A stretch of 6,501 bases of DNA from Okeania sp. (GTDB lineage: Bacteria; Cyanobacteriota; Cyanobacteriia; Cyanobacteriales; Microcoleaceae). The notes under the pieces were generated by a model. That model did no database searches. It saw only the letters and a list, made by a program, of their open reading frames with translations, and was not told the DNA's origin. The stretch covers positions 1 to 6,501 of the forward strand of contig NZ_JAYKGW010000083.1 in the NCBI RefSeq assembly GCF_035285525.1, written 5' to 3'. The position numbers and the translations under genes were made by a program. This document shows, in pieces, positions 3,978 to 6,501 of the stretch (position 1 is its first letter; each line of letters starts with the position of its first letter).

Positions 3978-5789
3978 ATGCAACTAATTGATTGGTTAAT
4001 TGTTTTATCTTACCTCATCTTAACAATGTGGATGGGGCTATATTTATCTCGCAAAGGCTCAAAAAGTTTAGCCGACTTCTTTGTTTCTGGGCGATCGCTT
4101 CCTTGGTGGTTGGCTGGTACAAGTATGGCTGCTACAACATTTTCTATAGATACTCCACTCTATATTACTGGGGTGGTGGCCAACCGTGGTATTGCTGGTA
4201 ATTGGGAATGGTGGACTTTTGGCATTTCTCATGTGATAATGATCTATATTTTTGCCAGAATGTGGCGACGTTCGGAGGTTATTACTGATGCGGAATTAAC
4301 TGAACTTCGTTATGGCGGAAATACGGCAGCTATTCTCCGAGGAGTTAAGGCTTTTATATTTGCGATTCCCATGAATTGTATTGCTATTGGCTATGCTATG
4401 TTAGCTATGGTTAAGGTTGTGGAAGCTATGGAAATTTGGCAAAGTTTAGGTTTCGATACTGATGCTAATAATCTGAAATTATTTAGTGTGATTGGGGTAA
4501 GTATTTTTGTTTTAGTTTATGCTGGTTTATCTGGTTTATGGGGAGTAGTTGCTACGGATTTTTTCCAATTTTTTCTAGCACTTTTTGGGGCAATTATTGT
4601 TGCTTTTTTTGCTGTTAATAGTGTGGGTGGAATCCAAGAATTAGTTGCTAAAGTTCCGGAGGTTATGCCAGATAAAGATATTTTATCTCTGTCTCCTTTA
4701 ACAATAGGTGAAAATGGCAATTCTTTAATTGGTTTTAGTAAAACAGCAGGCATAACTGCCAGTACATTTTTAGCTTATATTGCTATCCAATGGTGGTCTT
4801 GGCGACGCAGTGATGGCGGTGGAGAATTTGTACAAAGATTTGCTGCTGCTAAACATGAAGAGGATGCCGAAAAAGCAGCTTGGTTATTTAATATTATGCA
4901 CTATGTTGTTAGAACCTGGCCTTGGATTTTAGTTGCTTTAGCTTCCCTGGTTATTTATCCAGAATTAGAAGATAAAGAATTAGGTTATCCTAAGTTAATG
5001 ATTGATTTTCTTTCCCCAGGAATTTTAGGTTTAGTAGTTGCTTCCTTAGTAGCAGCATTTATGAGTACGGTTTCTACTTCCATTAACTGGGGTGCTTCCT
5101 TTATTACTAATGATTTATATCACCGATTTATTAAACCTGATGCCACTCAATCAGACTTAGTTTTGATCGGGCGACTTTCTTCCGTATTAGTCACAATTTT
5201 AGGAGCAACTGCTGCATTTTTTGCTACTGATGTCGCCACAGTATTTAGATTAGTAATAGCCATCGGTACAGGTTCTGGTTTAGTATTAGTTTTACGTTGG
5301 TTTTGGTGTCGCATCAATGCAGCAGCAGAATTAACTGCTATTGTTGCTAGCTTTTTTGTGGGGATGGCAACCAGTTTAGTTCCTGCTTTGAAAATAGAAG
5401 ACTTTGGTTTGCGGATTATTTTTATTACCGTCACCGTCACAGTTTTGTGGGTGGTAGCAATGTTGATTACACCCAAAGAATCTGAGTCAACTTTAGAAGA
5501 ATTTTATCGGCGAGTACGCCCTGGCGGCCCTGGATGGGAAAAGGAAAGAGCAGCAACTGGTTTACCTCCAGCACAGGATTTGGGTAAAGATTTACAAAAA
5601 GTTTTAGCATCTATATTGTTGTTGTTTGGAGCATTGTTAACGACTGGTGGTTTCTTGTTGCTGAAACCAACTATTGGTTGGATATTTTTGGTTGTTGCTG
5701 TTGTCAGTGGGATGTGGTTGCGACAACTTAATAAATCGAAAATTTTGCCAATGCCGAGACCAGGTTTAGATGACGAGGATGTTTTGTAA
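3978..5789 (+). CDS. Sodium:solute symporter (SSS/SSF, TC 2.A.21) family transporter, substrate unknown
   Basis: 603-aa ORF that is hydrophobic throughout with many predicted membrane spans. The N-terminal signature FFVSGRSLPWWLAGTSMAATTFSIDTPLYITG matches the conserved GRS..WW..G.S..AT..S block of PutP/PanF/SGLT-type carriers. The C-terminal region has FYRRVRPGGPGW and two further hydrophobic spans. It contains an exact HIP1 site. The start is assigned to the first ATG because that keeps the first hydrophobic span intact. No clear SD is present. Confidence 0.95.
   Translation: MQLIDWLIVLSYLILTMWMGLYLSRKGSKSLADFFVSGRSLPWWLAGTSMAATTFSIDTPLYITGVVANRGIAGNWEWWTFGISHVIMIYIFARMWRRSEVITDAELTELRYGGNTAAILRGVKAFIFAIPMNCIAIGYAMLAMVKVVEAMEIWQSLGFDTDANNLKLFSVIGVSIFVLVYAGLSGLWGVVATDFFQFFLALFGAIIVAFFAVNSVGGIQELVAKVPEVMPDKDILSLSPLTIGENGNSLIGFSKTAGITASTFLAYIAIQWWSWRRSDGGGEFVQRFAAAKHEEDAEKAAWLFNIMHYVVRTWPWILVALASLVIYPELEDKELGYPKLMIDFLSPGILGLVVASLVAAFMSTVSTSINWGASFITNDLYHRFIKPDATQSDLVLIGRLSSVLVTILGATAAFFATDVATVFRLVIAIGTGSGLVLVLRWFWCRINAAAELTAIVASFFVGMATSLVPALKIEDFGLRIIFITVTVTVLWVVAMLITPKESESTLEEFYRRVRPGGPGWEKERAATGLPPAQDLGKDLQKVLASILLLFGALLTTGGFLLLKPTIGWIFLVVAVVSGMWLRQLNKSKILPMPRPGLDDEDVL
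4091..4098. repeat. HIP1 octamer GCGATCGC
   Basis: Exact match, inside the symporter CDS. Confidence 0.9.
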
Positions 5790-5800
5790 GAATCCCCCCG

Positions 5801-6003
5801 CCCCCCTTTGAAAGCTATGCTTTACCCACATCTTTCTTAACATTTCTCAAAGAGCAGGGATTAGGTATCAGGAGAACTGGGAAATCATAGATGCTCATAA
5901 AAGTCAAGCCATCTGCTGTTTTTTAAATCTCGAAACCATTAACCAATAAGGCTTTCAAAATTGTAAATAATTATGTGGGTAATGGATAGCTTTGAAAGGG
6001 GGG
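5801..6003. mobile_element. 203-bp MITE-like element with 31-bp terminal inverted repeats (5801-5831 and 5973-6003)
   Basis: CCCCCCTTTGAAAGCTATGCTTTACCCACAT compared with the reverse complement of ATGTGGGTAATGGATAGCTTTGAAAGGGGGG gives 28/31 complementary positions. The two repeats are separated by 141 nt. The element starts 12 nt after the symporter stop codon. Its interior carries GGATTAGGTATCAGG (5858-5872), related to GGATTAGGAAATCAGG at 375-390. No target-site duplication was seen. Confidence 0.6.
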
Positions 6004-6200
6004 AGATTTAGATAGGTGGTGTTAGCATAATAGTTATAATCAAAACCTTTGTACAAAATTTAGGAACAGCAGTAAAATCTGGTCTCCCCCTTTGAAAGCC
6101 CGGAGATTTAGAGAAGTGTTTTTGCCAGAATAGTCACAATCAAAACCTTTGTACAAAATTTAGGAACAGCAGTAAAATCCGATCCCCCCCTTTGAAAGGG
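6001..6200 (+). repeat. Tandem duplication, 2 x 100 bp (6001-6100 and 6101-6200), units delimited by C-run-TTTGAAAG motifs at 5991, 6091 and 6191
   Basis: 85/100 identical with no indels. All 15 differences lie outside a 42-nt invariant block (6038-6079 = 6138-6179). That block contains the perfect 10-bp palindrome TTTGTACAAA and the arrangement TTGTAC - 18 nt - TAAAAT. Confidence 0.95.
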
Positions 6201-6219
6201 GGGTTAGGGGGGATTTTAC
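6172..6219. other. Compound GC hairpin: outer stem GTAAAATCC/GGATTTTAC enclosing C7-TTTGAAA-G6
   Basis: Positions 6172-6180 pair with 6211-6219 (9 bp). The inner stem pairs C7 (6184-6190) with G6 (6198-6203) around TTTGAAA. This is read directly; no folding energy was computed. Confidence 0.7.
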
Positions 6220-6276
6220 AGTTATCAGCATTAAGGTAGAGGTTCGAGAATATAAAAAAACCTGCGGTGGGGTCTC

Positions 6277-6309
6277 AGAAACCCGGTTTCTTAAAGAAAC
6301 CGGGTTTCT
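6277..6309. repeat. 33-bp near-perfect palindrome (16-bp arms AGAAACCCGGTTTCTT / AAGAAACCGGGTTTCT with a 1-nt centre)
   Basis: The arms 6277-6292 and 6294-6309 are exact reverse complements. No adjacent U-run follows on the plus strand. On the minus strand a T7 run follows after 16 nt. It may be a REP-like or terminator-like hairpin; the function is not established. Confidence 0.9.
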
Positions 6310-6371
6310 CTGTCGTCTCCAACTAATTCGCATATAAATTGGTTTTCCTTGAACTACCATTACATCAGGAA

Positions 6372-6501
6372 GGGAGACAAGGAGGGCAAGGAGGGCAAGG
6401 AGGGCAAGGAGGGCAAGGAGGGCAAGGAGGGCAAGGAGGGCAAGGAGGGCAAGGAGGGCAAGGAGGGCAAGGAGGGCAAGGAGGGCAAGGAGGGCAAGGA
6501 G
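6372..6501 (+). repeat. Tandem nonamer array: one GGGAGACAA unit then (GGAGGGCAA) x13.4 perfect copies, continuing off the right edge
   Basis: Read directly. Positions 6372-6380 are identical to the unit of the left-edge array, and the new unit is perfectly repeated from 6381 to the window end. The G-rich strand is the plus strand, as at 1-112. Confidence 0.97.

Noticed and set aside
3992-4201. 69-aa plus-strand ORF overlapping the start of the symporter in another frame
   Set aside because: It is nested entirely within a well-supported transporter CDS, and its Cys/Trp/Tyr-rich composition is typical of an off-frame reading. It has no independent signal.
4517-4753. 78-aa minus-strand ORF antisense to the symporter
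   Set aside because: This antisense ORF lies inside a strongly supported CDS. It has no recognisable domain and no start context, and is most simply a chance open frame.
5147-5476. 109-aa minus-strand ORF antisense to the symporter
   Set aside because: Same reasoning as for 4517-4753. Its Thr/Lys/Ala/Val-rich low-complexity translation is the mirror of hydrophobic membrane-span codons on the other strand.
5990-6203. CRISPR-like appearance: C-run-TTTGAAAG-type palindromic motif recurring with an exact 100-nt period
   Set aside because: There are only three boundary motifs, and the intervening 'spacers' are 85% identical to each other, so this is a tandem duplication. There are no cas genes and the repeat is too short and degenerate.
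6236-6256. GGTTCGA, a T-loop-like motif suggestive of a tRNA
   Set aside because: No complementary T-stem, acceptor stem or anticodon arm can be drawn around it.
6160-6360. 66-aa minus-strand ORF downstream of the symporter
   Set aside because: The reading frame runs straight through the 33-bp palindrome (giving RNPVSLRNRVSE) and the C/G hairpin (giving SPLTPLSKGG). It ends inside the 100-bp tandem unit. It is a by-product of repeats rather than a gene.
6295-6501. Open frame reading into the right array as (EGK)n / Gly-X-Y-like repeats
   Set aside because: There is no ATG between the stop at 6292-6294 and the array, only a TTG at 6349. There is no RBS, and the upstream sequence is the palindrome region. 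It remains unresolved because the array runs off the window.

Overview
This is an AT-rich segment that looks cyanobacterial: it has two exact HIP1 octamers (GCGATCGC) and short repeat families of the kind seen in Nostocales. I can support only three genes. The first is a minus-strand REC-PAS-class III nucleotidyl cyclase (500-2197), probably an adenylyl cyclase of the class IIIb type. The second is a minus-strand stand-alone CheY-like receiver (2891-3283) whose receiver domain is clearly paralogous to the cyclase receiver. The third is a plus-strand sodium:solute symporter family transporter (3978-5789), transcribed divergently from the receiver gene. By coordinates, 2598 of 6501 nt (about 40%) is non-coding, and nearly all of that is a mosaic of nested repeats. 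The mosaic includes perfect G-rich nonamer arrays at both window edges with the same polarity, and a degenerate inverted copy of that array inside a 251-bp insertion in the divergent promoter region. It also includes a 119-bp x2 and a 100-bp x2 tandem duplication, three MITE-like inverted-repeat elements and several strong palindromic hairpins. I do not see a novel protein-coding system: there are no defence, toxin, transposase or biosynthetic genes. The unusual content is the array-bearing modular repeat family, the promoter-like tandem units, and a two-receiver cyclic-nucleotide signalling pair with no kinase in the window. All functional statements about the repeats are hypotheses.
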